A stretch of DNA of 60,039 nt, the filler included, from an uncultured virus (IMG/VR IMGVR_UViG_2502082094_000001) (lineage: Duplodnaviria > Heunggongvirae > Uroviricota > Caudoviricetes). It is 8 parts of one record of this genome, joined end to end, with 100 filler letters (N's around TTAATTAATTAA, not from the genome) between each part and the next. Parts side by side here need not be neighbours in the genome. Positions count along the whole stretch, not along the records: positions 30,746 to 35,370 come from IMGVR_UViG_2502082094_000001; positions 35,471 to 39,652 come from IMGVR_UViG_2502082094_000001; positions 39,753 to 51,165 come from IMGVR_UViG_2502082094_000001; 5 more parts are not named here. One strand, given 5' to 3'. Both the position numbers and the translations under genes were made by a program. This document shows, piece by piece, positions 33,708-43,776 of this stretch. Within the stretch, counting starts at the first letter, position 1. Each line of letters opens with the position of its first letter. The notes beneath the pieces are model-generated. The model searched no databases. It was not told the DNA's origin and saw only the letters and a list, made by a program, of their open reading frames with translations.

Positions 33708-33857
33708 TCATTCCTCCTCACCTTTTTCTACTTTTTCCATGATTGGTGCTTCTCCACAGCCACACATTACGGTGGGCGTTAATGTTTGCTTGTAATGAAC
33801 TAGCACTCTGTGATCACAGTCTGGACATTCAAGTACTTGGGACTTACTTTCTGTCAT
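33708..33857 (-). CDS. Small Zn-finger protein (not in ORF track)
   Basis: MTESKSQVLECPDCDHR...MCGCGE...EEE*, coupled to the upstream stop codon. Confidence 0.55.
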   Translation of the reverse strand: MTESKSQVLECPDCDHRVLVHYKQTLTPTVMCGCGEAPIMEKVEKGEEE

Positions 33858-34066
33858 TTGTCTCCTTGTTCCTCGTTATTAGCTAGCGGGGCTAGCCTTT
33901 CACTGTGCTCCTCCAGTATGTGGCCTACCATCCATGCTTTAGCAAGTTCTGGCTTGTCGTATGACTCTGTTCTGTCACAATACGAGCAGTCGGCAGTAGC
34001 TTTTATTGTGCTTACCAGACCTGGAGTTATGTCTTTACTTCCGGTGTTGTCCTGTTCGTCTGTCAT
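33854..34066 (-). CDS. Small C2H2-like Zn-finger protein
   Basis: CSYC...WMVGHILEEH. Confidence 0.6.
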   Translation of the reverse strand: MTDEQDNTGSKDITPGLVSTIKATADCSYCDRTESYDKPELAKAWMVGHILEEHSERLAPLANNEEQGDK

Positions 34067-34075
34067 ATCACTTCA

Positions 34076-34118
34076 AGCTCGCCTTTGGAGTCGAACCAAA
34101 GAAATACCCTTGCGAGTT
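34076..34118 (-). ncRNA. Minimal tRNA-like element
   Basis: ACTCGC-AAGGGTATTT-CTTTGG-TTCGACT-CCAAAG-GCGAGC-T; fills most of the intergenic gap. Confidence 0.75.
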
Positions 34119-34548
34119 AGAACTTTATTGGTTCCAAACTTGTGTCATGCTGGCAGTTGTTAGACAAGTGACGTTTTACATCATCATCAGAGTCAAGATC
34201 ATATTTTTCTGCTAGTTCAGATAAGCTCATCCCATTTTTAAACTTTCGCTTCATCCAGCCACATTGAGAGTAAGTTATCTCTCCCACATGGTCGTGCTTG
34301 CAGTCATACTCTATGTGCTTTTCAATTTCCGAGACTGAGTATATACCAAAGAGATCATATATCTCCATGAGTTCCATTCCTCTGTGGTCTAGCTCTCTGA
34401 GCAAGGAACACATATCGTAGTTCACTTGCTTAGATGGTTCGTTGTTTAATATACTTAAGATTCTATTCACCAACCTAATCCTGTCTGCTTTTCTTCTGTA
34501 ATATGGCTCCAGTTTTGATGAGTTCACGGTATGCTCTTGTTGAGCCAT
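34117..34548 (-). CDS. Tandem HTH-like DNA-binding protein
   Basis: Two repeats of C..(L/M)...GM.L.E....V..H....C.H. Confidence 0.55.
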   Translation of the reverse strand: MAQQEHTVNSSKLEPYYRRKADRIRLVNRILSILNNEPSKQVNYDMCSLLRELDHRGMELMEIYDLFGIYSVSEIEKHIEYDCKHDHVGEITYSQCGWMKRKFKNGMSLSELAEKYDLDSDDDVKRHLSNNCQHDTSLEPIKF

Positions 34549-34549
34549 C

Positions 34550-35370
34550 TTAGGCTCCAGTTTCTAGTCTGGGTGCGATTATATACACTACTTGAGCCTC
34601 ACCAGCCTCGTCTAGTGTTATGTCAAACCTTACTGGGTTATCTTCTTTTACGTGGATTGTTACTGCCTCTCCTTCTGTGAATATTGTTTTTATGTCTTTT
34701 AGGTAGTCAATGCTTATGTTCGTTACGTGTTCTCCCAGACCATCATCTACTGAAGGGTCATGGTTGTGGAACTCTTTTTTGAAGTTCCCTGCTGTTTTGT
34801 CACTCGTCGATATTCTAAGCGTTTGGTCGTATGTAGCGAACTCAATGCCTCTTCCAGCATTTGAGGTCATCGTGTCAGCACGTTGTACTGTCTTCTTGAG
34901 TTCTGAGCCGCCGACTCTCACTTGGCTTTTGTGAGTAAGAGGGTCAACATTAGGAATTGACGGTACATTGTCTGGATTAACTGTAGGCACCTCAAACTGT
35001 ACATCTTCATCTAACACATCAAGCCGCATTAATCGTGTACCACCAGATCCAACTGGCCATACTACGTTAACGTCGCTTGTGCTTTTGACTGTAGACAAGC
35101 AATCTAGCATTCTGTCGTATTCCACGCCGATCTCTATTTCATCGGCGTTGTTCAGCTCAAGACTATTTAGTGCTTGTCCTTTAATCCTAGCAATACACAT
35201 GCCAACATTTGCTGGGTCATTCACTTTGCTGTACACGTTATTTTCAGTGAACGTTAGTCTACCTTCATCTCTGAACGATGCTACGGCATCAATGAAGGTT
35301 TCTAGGTACGAGGCTGTACAGCCGAACTTTACGTTTTTGTCTTCTATTTCTGTTTCAACTGGGCTATTGA
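34550..35370 (-). CDS. pcn: PCNA sliding clamp, 5' partial
   Basis: LETFIDAVASFRDEGRL, DPANVGM, ISIDYLKDI, NPVRF and YIIAPR motifs typical of archaeal PCNA. Confidence 0.85.
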
Positions 35371-35573
35371 NNNNNNNNNNNNNNNNNNNNNNNNNNNNNN
35401 NNNNNNNNNNNNNNTTAATTAATTAANNNNNNNNNNNNNNNNNNNNNNNNNNNNNNNNNNNNNNNNNNNNCTTGGATCAGTATTGTCGCCGCTAGTGCTG
35501 CTAGTATTATTACCGCTACTGTTTGAGGACTTATTATCATTGTCTGTTTGATCAACGTCTGAGTTGAACTCGT

Positions 35574-36497
35574 CTAGTCCCATTGTGGATGATCGTAGAC
35601 GAAAGCGTCATCATCTCCCTCCCAGTTCTCGTGGGGGTCTACTCCTTCCATACCGGGACACTTGCCTTCTTTGTAATAGGTACAGAATTTCTTACACATG
35701 TACTCTCCTTTCGGGTTCCGTGGCGGAGGTGTCCCTGTATTTACTGCGTTTAGCGTAGTAGTGATGCTATCCACAGCCTGCTCAAACAGATCTTCGTCGA
35801 ACTCTATCCAGTACTCCTCAATGTGGTCATTGCGTTTTGAGTAATACAAAAGACAACCTATGTCTGCTCCGATTATTCCCATATAACCGTTTAACTGCAT
35901 TAGGTTGTCTTCTTTAGGTACTGTTCTAGCGTGTCCGTTCTTACCGTAGTTATAATACTTGAACTCGCTTTTGGTCTTAATGTCTATTACAAATGGATCT
36001 GGAAAGCCTTTTATGCTCTCAGGGTCTAGGTTTATACCTGCTGGTAAAGCATTATTGAGTTGTTCTACAGACTCAAGCCCACGGATTACTATATCCGCGT
36101 GACCGTAGATGTAGTACTCATCGTTAATGTCGTAACTGACTGTTTCTTCAGTGCTTACATGCTCGTGCCCCAGATGTTCTATGAGCATATCTTGGATAAG
36201 CTCGTGGATCGCGTCTCCGTGAGCAAATGTCCAATTTGCGTCATTATCCAAGTCTGGAACATCTAGGTTCTCGTCTAGTTTGTGGACATATTTCAAATAG
36301 TTCTTCCGCTGACAACTATCTGAACTTGACAAGTGACCTCTAGTAGGGTCGGTATTGTGGTATGACCCGCTTTGTTCTTCACTCACTAGCTCAGAAAGCA
36401 ACGAGTGTACTGGACCTTCTCGTGAGTCGTTGGGAGCGTGTACCTTATCTAAGTCATCTAATGGATCCTCGACGATCTCCTTTTCAAACTCAACCAT
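35574..36497 (-). CDS. Cas4-like PD-(D/E)XK exonuclease with Fe-S cysteines
   Basis: CQRK, GDAIHE, GHAD, IDIKT, QLNGY and C...C......C motifs. Confidence 0.8.
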   Translation of the reverse strand: MVEFEKEIVEDPLDDLDKVHAPNDSREGPVHSLLSELVSEEQSGSYHNTDPTRGHLSSSDSCQRKNYLKYVHKLDENLDVPDLDNDANWTFAHGDAIHELIQDMLIEHLGHEHVSTEETVSYDINDEYYIYGHADIVIRGLESVEQLNNALPAGINLDPESIKGFPDPFVIDIKTKSEFKYYNYGKNGHARTVPKEDNLMQLNGYMGIIGADIGCLLYYSKRNDHIEEYWIEFDEDLFEQAVDSITTTLNAVNTGTPPPRNPKGEYMCKKFCTYYKEGKCPGMEGVDPHENWEGDDDAFVYDHPQWD

Positions 36498-36543
36498 GTG
36501 CTTTTATTGTATATGAGCCTTAATATGTTTTTGTATTACTGAT

Positions 36544-37365
36544 TCAAGCAGTCCACTCGTCTACCTCCTCATCCACCTCTTCATTGTACTTTGCTTCAAC
36601 TCTTGTTCCAGAATCGGATATTTCAAGTCTGAACAGCTCTTTACCTTCGCCAGCCTGTCTTGATCTGTGTGCGTTGATCTTACATGTAGTTTTTATCTCA
36701 CTGCTGCTACTTTTCTCAGTTAGCCACAGCTCCTTGAACGCGAACTGGCTTTTGTCGCCAAACGGTACTTCACCAGTACTATCGCTTAGCTCAGACTTTG
36801 GCTGATTAGTTGTTACTATCAGCGCATTATTCATCTGGGCATATTTCTTCATCTGCCCGCTCATGAACTGAATCATCTGGAATACAGTGAATTGGTCTGC
36901 GTCGTCTTCTATACTGTATTCATCATAGGCCATGAGCGCAGGGAAGCCCAGAGAGTCTAGAATTACAACGTCATACCCACCTTTTAGAGTATTACTGTTT
37001 GTTGTGTTTTGCCCGAACGGGTTATCTGACAGTCTCGACTTTTTACCGCTGATGTATGCGTACAGATCATTAAAGTCTGGAATGTACACATAATCGGAGC
37101 CATCTAGACGTTCATTGTTACTAAGATTGCGCTCAGTATCAATGAATAACACGTCTTTGTTCTCCTGATTCAACGCTGACTCGGCAAGACTCACACAGAA
37201 TTCTGTTTTACCACTCCCAGTCCCACCAAATACTTGAATGAGATCTGGGCCGCCACAGAATTCTATAACCTGCCGTATCAGATTGTTGTCTGTAGCTTCG
37301 ACGCTACTACTTGTATTGTTGCTCTTTTCATCATTTCCGTCTAGGTTTATTTCTAGATCAGTCAT
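36544..37365 (-). CDS. RadA/RadB-like RecA-family ATPase
   Basis: QVFGGTGSGKT, FIDTE, VILDSL, TTNQ. Confidence 0.85.
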   Translation of the reverse strand: MTDLEINLDGNDEKSNNTSSSVEATDNNLIRQVIEFCGGPDLIQVFGGTGSGKTEFCVSLAESALNQENKDVLFIDTERNLSNNERLDGSDYVYIPDFNDLYAYISGKKSRLSDNPFGQNTTNSNTLKGGYDVVILDSLGFPALMAYDEYSIEDDADQFTVFQMIQFMSGQMKKYAQMNNALIVTTNQPKSELSDSTGEVPFGDKSQFAFKELWLTEKSSSSEIKTTCKINAHRSRQAGEGKELFRLEISDSGTRVEAKYNEEVDEEVDEWTA

Positions 37366-37937
37366 TACTGAAACTCGTCCAATTCCTTGTTGTTACCAGA
37401 GTCTGACTCATCTAGTACATCTTCTGTCATAAAGTCTACCATGTACACATTTTCAACTCTGTACCCTCCTTTGGTTTTACTGCTTGATGGCTCTGTTTCA
37501 GAGTCTGTAATTACAAGAAACTTTATATCGTTCTTCTTTTCGTTGTACAGATTTAGTAGCCGCTCTGCCATGTCCGTGTTGCCTGTTATAAGGTTAACAG
37601 TTGGACCTGAGCGGAAGGTAGGGCCCTTCCGGGCTACTAAGCTGACTGCTTGTCCTACGTCTTCTCCGTTTAATGCTTGGTCCTTATCCTTTGGGTTAAT
37701 CCACTTAGAAACCCAGGACGCCTTAGCATTCTTCATAGTCATGCGGTGAACTATGAAACCGGAGTCAAATTCTAGTTTATCTTTTACATTCTTGAGTGAA
37801 TTTAACACACTCACCATTTCCTTCTTTTGTTCTTGCGTCGGCTGTCTATCCTCCCACTCTTCTTCCGTGAGAGGCATAATGTGCTTTGTATACACATCTA
37901 GATGTGGTTTTCTCACTTTTGAGGTTTCGTCTGTCAT
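37365..37937 (-). CDS. Hypothetical protein ending in KELDEFQ
   Basis: ORF within the recombination operon. Confidence 0.65.
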   Translation of the reverse strand: MTDETSKVRKPHLDVYTKHIMPLTEEEWEDRQPTQEQKKEMVSVLNSLKNVKDKLEFDSGFIVHRMTMKNAKASWVSKWINPKDKDQALNGEDVGQAVSLVARKGPTFRSGPTVNLITGNTDMAERLLNLYNEKKNDIKFLVITDSETEPSSSKTKGGYRVENVYMVDFMTEDVLDESDSGNNKELDEFQ

Positions 37938-38137
37938 CCTCAAAGCTCCAGCCAGCTATGACACTGGATACAAACTGGAGCTGAACTAGGACTTTATTCT
38001 TCTAAGTCCCAGTATTTATCCATTACTTCATCTGGAATTTCTTCTCCACAACCCATATCATGCGTTCCAGAGAAGAAGCCGTCACTGTGTATAGGAATAT
38101 CACAGTTAGGGCACTCTATGTCTGTTACTGGCATGTT

Positions 38138-39106
38138 TTAGAACCAGTCGCTAGGATCATCACCACCGTCAGACCCGCTATCATCATCAGCCGTTGCTTC
38201 TTCACTGTCACTCCCTGACCCGTCCGTGGTGGCTACTTCTTCATCGCCACTGTCTCCCATGTCTAGACCGCCAAGGTCTAGATCATCATCTTCTTCCCCA
38301 CGCCCGTCAATCTCCTCTACATTCTCCTCGAACGTGTCAAGGATGTGCTCGCGGCTTGTTTCACCATCCAGATTGTTATTGGTGATCCGAACTAGGGTAT
38401 CAAGCTGCTCGCCGCTACTCACCGAATGAAGCAAGTCGGCTTGCTGCTCTCCAATTGCGTTGAAGATCCGAAGTATGTCGCTATCCTCAACTTCAGGTTC
38501 GGAGCCACCGAGATCAAGGTCAGGGCTATCGTCAGTTGAGTTTGACGTTTCCGTGCTTGAGCCCTCGGTCTGTTGCTTTTGGGACTGTTCTTCAATGGAA
38601 GATCCTTGAAGTTGCTCCTCGAACTTGTCTGCGTACTTCTTCGCAACTTTCAGTGGGACTATGCCCTGTACTGGGTTGATGTTATAGTAAGTCTCCTCTT
38701 TGCCATCACTGTTCGATTGAGTGGTCTCCTCATATTGACCCACAACTAGGTAGTACTCATCAGTCTCGATTTTGTCGAGCAGGTCAAGGAGGTTCTGCTG
38801 GAACGCAAGCGAGAATAGCTCATCGCCGTGGAACATTCCTTGAGTCTTGGCAGAGTCACCAAGGGGCCAGCGGAAGGTTTGGAGGTCGGTATCAGGAGAG
38901 TGCATTAGAAGCACATCATAGGTATCCGAATCAGAATTGAACCTGAACCGTGGCTCTTCTCCCTTGAAGCCGTCGTTATTGACTGCTTCGTAAGCAATCT
39001 CCATCAACGTTTCCTTATCTACTTTTGAAGCGTTTTGACGGTTGTTGCGCTTTTTCTCATACTTTTCCTCGAACTCTGTACCTAGTATGTCACCAAGTTC
39101 TGACAT
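38138..39106 (-). CDS. Candidate single-stranded DNA-binding protein
   Basis: OB-like core (YYLVVGQY...YYNINPVQG), long acidic tail ending SDWF, high-expression codon bias, near RadA and Cas4-like genes. Confidence 0.45.
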   Translation of the reverse strand: MSELGDILGTEFEEKYEKKRNNRQNASKVDKETLMEIAYEAVNNDGFKGEEPRFRFNSDSDTYDVLLMHSPDTDLQTFRWPLGDSAKTQGMFHGDELFSLAFQQNLLDLLDKIETDEYYLVVGQYEETTQSNSDGKEETYYNINPVQGIVPLKVAKKYADKFEEQLQGSSIEEQSQKQQTEGSSTETSNSTDDSPDLDLGGSEPEVEDSDILRIFNAIGEQQADLLHSVSSGEQLDTLVRITNNNLDGETSREHILDTFEENVEEIDGRGEEDDDLDLGGLDMGDSGDEEVATTDGSGSDSEEATADDDSGSDGGDDPSDWF

Positions 39107-39108
39107 TG

Positions 39109-39300
39109 TTAATTATCTCCGGCTTCTGCGTTTTGTTCGTTGCTCTGTTCACCTGTACCGCTTCCGTTTTCCATTTCTTGTTCTTCTAACATTTCAAGTG
39201 CTTTGGCTACTACCTCCTTCTTTGTTGGGTTCCATTTACTACTCTCTCTTATCCGTTGAATTGTCTCCATGCTAGATTCGGATACACTTACTGCTGGCAT
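39109..39300 (-). CDS. RHH-like regulator
   Basis: AVSVSE...PTKKEVVAKALE. Confidence 0.55.
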   Translation of the reverse strand: MPAVSVSESSMETIQRIRESSKWNPTKKEVVAKALEMLEEQEMENGSGTGEQSNEQNAEAGDN

Positions 39301-39752
39301 ACCATACCCGATTTAACATAAACACCGAACGGTTATAATTGTTATGGTATACACCCATGATAAGTGAGATTAGCTGTGGTAATGGCATGAAGGAGGTGGC
39401 TTACCCTGCGCTGTGGCTGGTTCTTTACTGCTCATAACACATACTCTATTATTTTATTAGTCTAGTACGGATACTTCGCAGTTGAGACATATACTACCTT
39501 CTCTGTTTTCTTTGTGTCCGTACTCGATCTCGTAGCTGGAGAATGGAACGTCATGTAAGATATTCATTCTTCTACAGATTGTACATCTAGAGATGTCTAG
39601 ATCATAAGCCCGCTCTATGTGGGATATACAGTCTTTACAAGCCTGCGACCTTNNNNNNNNNNNNNNNNNNNNNNNNNNNNNNNNNNNNNNNNNNNNTTAA
39701 TTAATTAANNNNNNNNNNNNNNNNNNNNNNNNNNNNNNNNNNNNNNNNNNNN

Positions 39753-40303
39753 TTCTCACCAGTAGAGAAGTCTCCGTTATCTAGTTTTGAATTAACCTCA
39801 CACGAACTTTGTTTAAGACTAACTCCGTTTGAAACCCAGCCAAGCTTTTGATCTAGCCAAAGCATATAATCTCTGTTTGCCATTACCCATTTCATACGAG
39901 GAGACTTTGAACTTCTGTTAAGAAGAGTTGCGTCTCCCATCAAATGACCAATTAAGATTTGCTTTTGTTTATCGGATATATCGTTCTGAGAACATGGACT
40001 TTGAGCCCAATGCTTTGCGATATTTGTGTAGTGAGTATTACAAGACTCACATTCCACTATTCCATCTATTTCAGATGGACTAATACCAGCTTCTATTTGT
40101 GCTTCTGCAATTGAACCATAGTTGTATGTGTATGTTTTAACTGAAGGCGCTTTTTTACTTGATCCTATCAAGTCACGATTTACATCTCCATGTTTTTCAT
40201 GTATATGCCTTATAATTTTCAGTTTTTCTTCTCCGCTCCATCTGTTACCCGTGTTGGATGGGCTATTGGTCTGTTCTGAAGTTTTAAACTCATCAAGACC
40301 CAT
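39753..40303 (-). CDS. LAGLIDADG homing endonuclease, 3' partial
   Basis: QILIGHLMGDA; PSVKTYTYNYGSIAEAQIEAGI repeat; starts MGLDEF. Confidence 0.75.
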
Positions 40304-40521
40304 CTATATCACCCTCGACCACATTTGCTTTATCATCTAGATGTTTGAAGAACTCTACCCAATTACGGGCTCCACTATCGCTCTTTTGACGCTTCCACTT
40401 CCAGTACTGGTCTTCTGGCACATTCTTGAGTACAATGTCTTTTGCCATTATTATGTTATAGTGTTACGGTTTAACAGTATTTAAATGTGACGGTATACCA
40501 GTCTACACACTACTACTGTAG

Positions 40522-40719
40522 TCAGTTCCTCAGTCTACTGTGTTTGATTTTTTCTACGGCTTTGTGGATCTCATGTTCTTCTCTGTCGTCGTATATTACT
40601 AGGTCGAATCCAGAGCTGAAGCCAGATTCAGGGCTACCAACTACTGTTACGATCTTGAACTCATTGTCTATTTGTTCGATTACTTCGTCGCTCTCTGTAC
40701 TGAAATTGTATGTATTCAT
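40522..40719 (-). CDS. Hypothetical protein
   Basis: Acidic ORF within the operon. Confidence 0.55.
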   Translation of the reverse strand: MNTYNFSTESDEVIEQIDNEFKIVTVVGSPESGFSSGFDLVIYDDREEHEIHKAVEKIKHSRLRN

Positions 40720-40726
40720 TTTCTTT

Positions 40727-41122
40727 TTAGTAGTACCAAGGATGTTCTCCTTTTTCTTCAGTTTTGCTCTTCACTCTCCTTCCGTCTTTGTTCCACTTAA
40801 TACTTCCGAAATATACGTATTTAGGTCTTACTCCATAATTATAACAATCAGCACACAACCACATTACTTCTCCTTGCTGGCCAGATGTGCCTACACCAGG
40901 TTGGTTAAATTTTTGGTTTACTGGAGTTTGATCTTCAACCTTTAACATTGCCGCAGCTTCACTTGGAGCCTTTTGTGTACAACAAGTACACTCTATATCA
41001 GGCTCAAAGAACGTTTTCCAGTCAAGTGCTTTAGGTGTTTGTTGTTTCAGGTGACTTCTGTATTCCTGTACTGTACTCCATTGAGGCTTTTGCGCTGTTT
41101 CAACTATATTCCCTCTTGGCAT
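40727..41122 (-). CDS. Zn-finger protein
   Basis: CTCC...LCADC. Confidence 0.65.
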   Translation of the reverse strand: MPRGNIVETAQKPQWSTVQEYRSHLKQQTPKALDWKTFFEPDIECTCCTQKAPSEAAAMLKVEDQTPVNQKFNQPGVGTSGQQGEVMWLCADCYNYGVRPKYVYFGSIKWNKDGRRVKSKTEEKGEHPWYY

Positions 41123-41376
41123 TGTATTATGCTTGCTTTGTATTTGTTTTAACTTCAGTATGCTGTTTAGTTCGTGCTTTAGGTTTTCCTACGTGATTCA
41201 CGCGATCACACTCCGAAGATTTACCCCACATTTTTGCCGGTTTACTTATAAAGGGTAGCCGGTTTAGCGGTAACGTTTTCCGGTTAGATGGCTGCTTTTG
41301 GGAAGCACTGTTTTTTATACCGTGACGTATGGGGCTCAAACGCCCATCAACACGTCTGTCATATCTGAGATTGCTT

Positions 41377-42006
41377 TTACCAATCATCAGCCCATCCATC
41401 ATCTTTTACTCCAAGATCTATATTGTCTGATCTTGACTTCACTTGCCGGTCTATGTGTGGGAGCCAGTCTGCATTCTCGTTGAACCACTCTCTGTATTCA
41501 TCTGGCATGGATGTATCGTCAATATCTTCTTCCCACTCGGGATCATCTATTTCTAAACCTTTCTCGTATCTTTTGAGTGCTTCAGCCGGATTATCGCCTC
41601 TAACAATCGCTTTCCACTGTACTACCTCTGGGACAAACTTCTGGACTACGTGGGTTCTGATCCCTTCGTAATCCTTATCCCAATCAGCTACTGGCAGATA
41701 CCATGCTGAAGCATCATTGAAGAATACTGCTACCACTTTATTGAGCCTGTCTCGCTCTTCAGGGAACCAGTATTCTACAACCTTGTTTGTCAACCTGTCG
41801 TTATCTATTATTTCTATGTCTGATGCTATCTTGAAGTCTACGTCGTACAATGGAGGCTCGTGAGGTGTATCATCACTTACAAACGGCTCCTTGTCATAAG
41901 ACGAGCACGCAGACTTGTTTATGTCATGCTCAGACAGCCAGCTAAACGAATCAGTAGATCTGGACTGTGAAGAGTCCGTTTGGTCGGCCTCCATTACTTT
42001 GCTCAT
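41377..42006 (-). CDS. Hypothetical protein
   Basis: Acidic ORF coupled to the 2H phosphoesterase gene. Confidence 0.7.
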   Translation of the reverse strand: MSKVMEADQTDSSQSRSTDSFSWLSEHDINKSACSSYDKEPFVSDDTPHEPPLYDVDFKIASDIEIIDNDRLTNKVVEYWFPEERDRLNKVVAVFFNDASAWYLPVADWDKDYEGIRTHVVQKFVPEVVQWKAIVRGDNPAEALKRYEKGLEIDDPEWEEDIDDTSMPDEYREWFNENADWLPHIDRQVKSRSDNIDLGVKDDGWADDW

Positions 42007-42503
42007 TCTATTGTTCTTATTTTTACTCTGCTTATTTGCGTATCTCTTATACCCACGCCCGACATTATTTCTTCTTGGAGTCGTTTCTTTCTGTCTCTGG
42101 GTATGGTGTCCCAGTAACCTTTAGTCTTGTATAAGGTTATATGCGGGCTATTTGGGTAGTTAATACTTGTTTTAGCATGTCTATCCAGTTGATCTATCAT
42201 GTGTTCTAACTCATCATGGAAGCCATGCTCTATGTCTAGCTGTACTACATACGGCTTATGTATATTCTCGTATACTGAAATTCTGTTTACTTGTATTTTT
42301 CTATTTCTGAATCTGTGGTTGTCTATTATATTCCTAACTCTGTCCATCCTGCCGTCCTTCACCGTGAAGCCCGGCACTAAAGTCATATGGGGTTTCTTTT
42401 TCTTGTAGAACTCTTCTGCTCCTGTAACCACCCAGAGGTAGTCTCTTAGTTGCTTGAGCTGTAGTTCGTTAGTTAATCTCCCCGAGACATATACTCGGTC
42501 CAT
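42003..42503 (-). CDS. 2H phosphoesterase (2'-5' RNA ligase / cyclic phosphodiesterase family)
   Basis: Two HxT motifs: PHMTL and PHITL. Confidence 0.8.
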   Translation of the reverse strand: MDRVYVSGRLTNELQLKQLRDYLWVVTGAEEFYKKKKPHMTLVPGFTVKDGRMDRVRNIIDNHRFRNRKIQVNRISVYENIHKPYVVQLDIEHGFHDELEHMIDQLDRHAKTSINYPNSPHITLYKTKGYWDTIPRDRKKRLQEEIMSGVGIRDTQISRVKIRTIE

Positions 42504-42561
42504 TTACTAATACCTTGTACACATCTTACGTTTTCAGGGTTCATAAGTGATTCGGTGTACT

Positions 42562-43776
42562 CTACCGATCTGAGAAGCTGAATGAGCCGTTTGTGCTGTC
42601 TTTTACAGTGTTACCATCGAAGTACTCAGCTGCGTTTTCGATAGTGCGCTCTCTGTAATGTTGTCCCTCCTCACCCCACTTGCTCATCCCACTAGCCCAC
42701 ATTATGTCTGCTATGACTGATTTATCAAACTCGTGTTTCAGGAGCTTTAGCACAAACGCATACTCAAGTTCTGATCTTGAGTCATATCCATCAGCATCAC
42801 CGTTCCAGTATTGTCTAAATGCGTTGTCCGTCTTAATCAGATGGTTTACTCTCGCCCACGTATCATCGGTTAACTCTGATGGAGTAGTGTCAACAGACTC
42901 CATATCAACACCAGTACAACCATTAGACGTGCTTTCTCCGCTTTGTGTGTCCAACTCGTCTCTGATTTCATCTGGTGTTTTATCAATATCAGACTGAGTT
43001 ATCACCCCTGCGTTTTCTTGGTTAGGTTGGTGGATAATACCACACAGTCTCCCAGTTTGGGACTTAATACCTCGTGTACCCGGTACTTTCATAACCCGAG
43101 CAGGGTCACTAACATCGTCTTGATCGAAGTTAATATGCTCAGGAGCTTGTGATTCTATTATGGTTGTGTACTTGCTATTCATCGCCTTTTGAGTCAAGTA
43201 CTTACCAAGCAGATGTTGCTTGTTGTATAGCATGTCTTCACTACACTCAAAGTCCACATTGAAGTGTAGATGTATGCCATTCTCAGACATTACTACAAGG
43301 GGCCACACTCCATATTGCTCGTTCATGTACTTTACTTCAGCAAGCGCATACTGATAAGCCCACCATACCTCTTCTTTAGTGGACCCACCGTATGACTGCT
43401 TAGCAAGCTCAATGTCAAAGGACAGCTTTTTAATGGTGTCTATGTGTTCTGCTGCCCCACGCCCCGTCCGTGGAGTTTCACTTAGTGTATTAACACCTGC
43501 GTACACATGGTATCTCCACAGATCTGAATGTGTTTCACAGAACTCTCGGAACTCGTTGAAGGTTCTAGCGTGTACCCACTTTTGCTCTCCTGTATTCGCG
43601 TTAGCCTTTTTCTTATTTGGCACAGGGAAAGCACAAGTCTGTACAAAGCCATTTTGGTCGCTATACATCCAGCGATAGAACCGTTCGATAGCATCTTTTG
43701 AGTATGACGGAGCTGACTCCGACTTACTCATTTGCTGTATGAATGTTTGTTTATCAAGCGGGTCTATCATTGTCAC
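42562..43776 (-). CDS. AEP-superfamily primase-polymerase with helical C-terminal domain
   Basis: YAGVN, SFDIE, SENGIHLH, DPARVMKVPGT; DSRSE...KW....Y.ERTI.NA. Confidence 0.85.
   Translation of the reverse strand: MTMIDPLDKQTFIQQMSKSESAPSYSKDAIERFYRWMYSDQNGFVQTCAFPVPNKKKANANTGEQKWVHARTFNEFREFCETHSDLWRYHVYAGVNTLSETPRTGRGAAEHIDTIKKLSFDIELAKQSYGGSTKEEVWWAYQYALAEVKYMNEQYGVWPLVVMSENGIHLHFNVDFECSEDMLYNKQHLLGKYLTQKAMNSKYTTIIESQAPEHINFDQDDVSDPARVMKVPGTRGIKSQTGRLCGIIHQPNQENAGVITQSDIDKTPDEIRDELDTQSGESTSNGCTGVDMESVDTTPSELTDDTWARVNHLIKTDNAFRQYWNGDADGYDSRSELEYAFVLKLLKHEFDKSVIADIMWASGMSKWGEEGQHYRERTIENAAEYFDGNTVKDSTNGSFSFSDR

Noticed and set aside
35574..36497. CRISPR-Cas system
   Set aside because: Solo Cas4-like nuclease in a recombination operon; no array or other cas genes seen.
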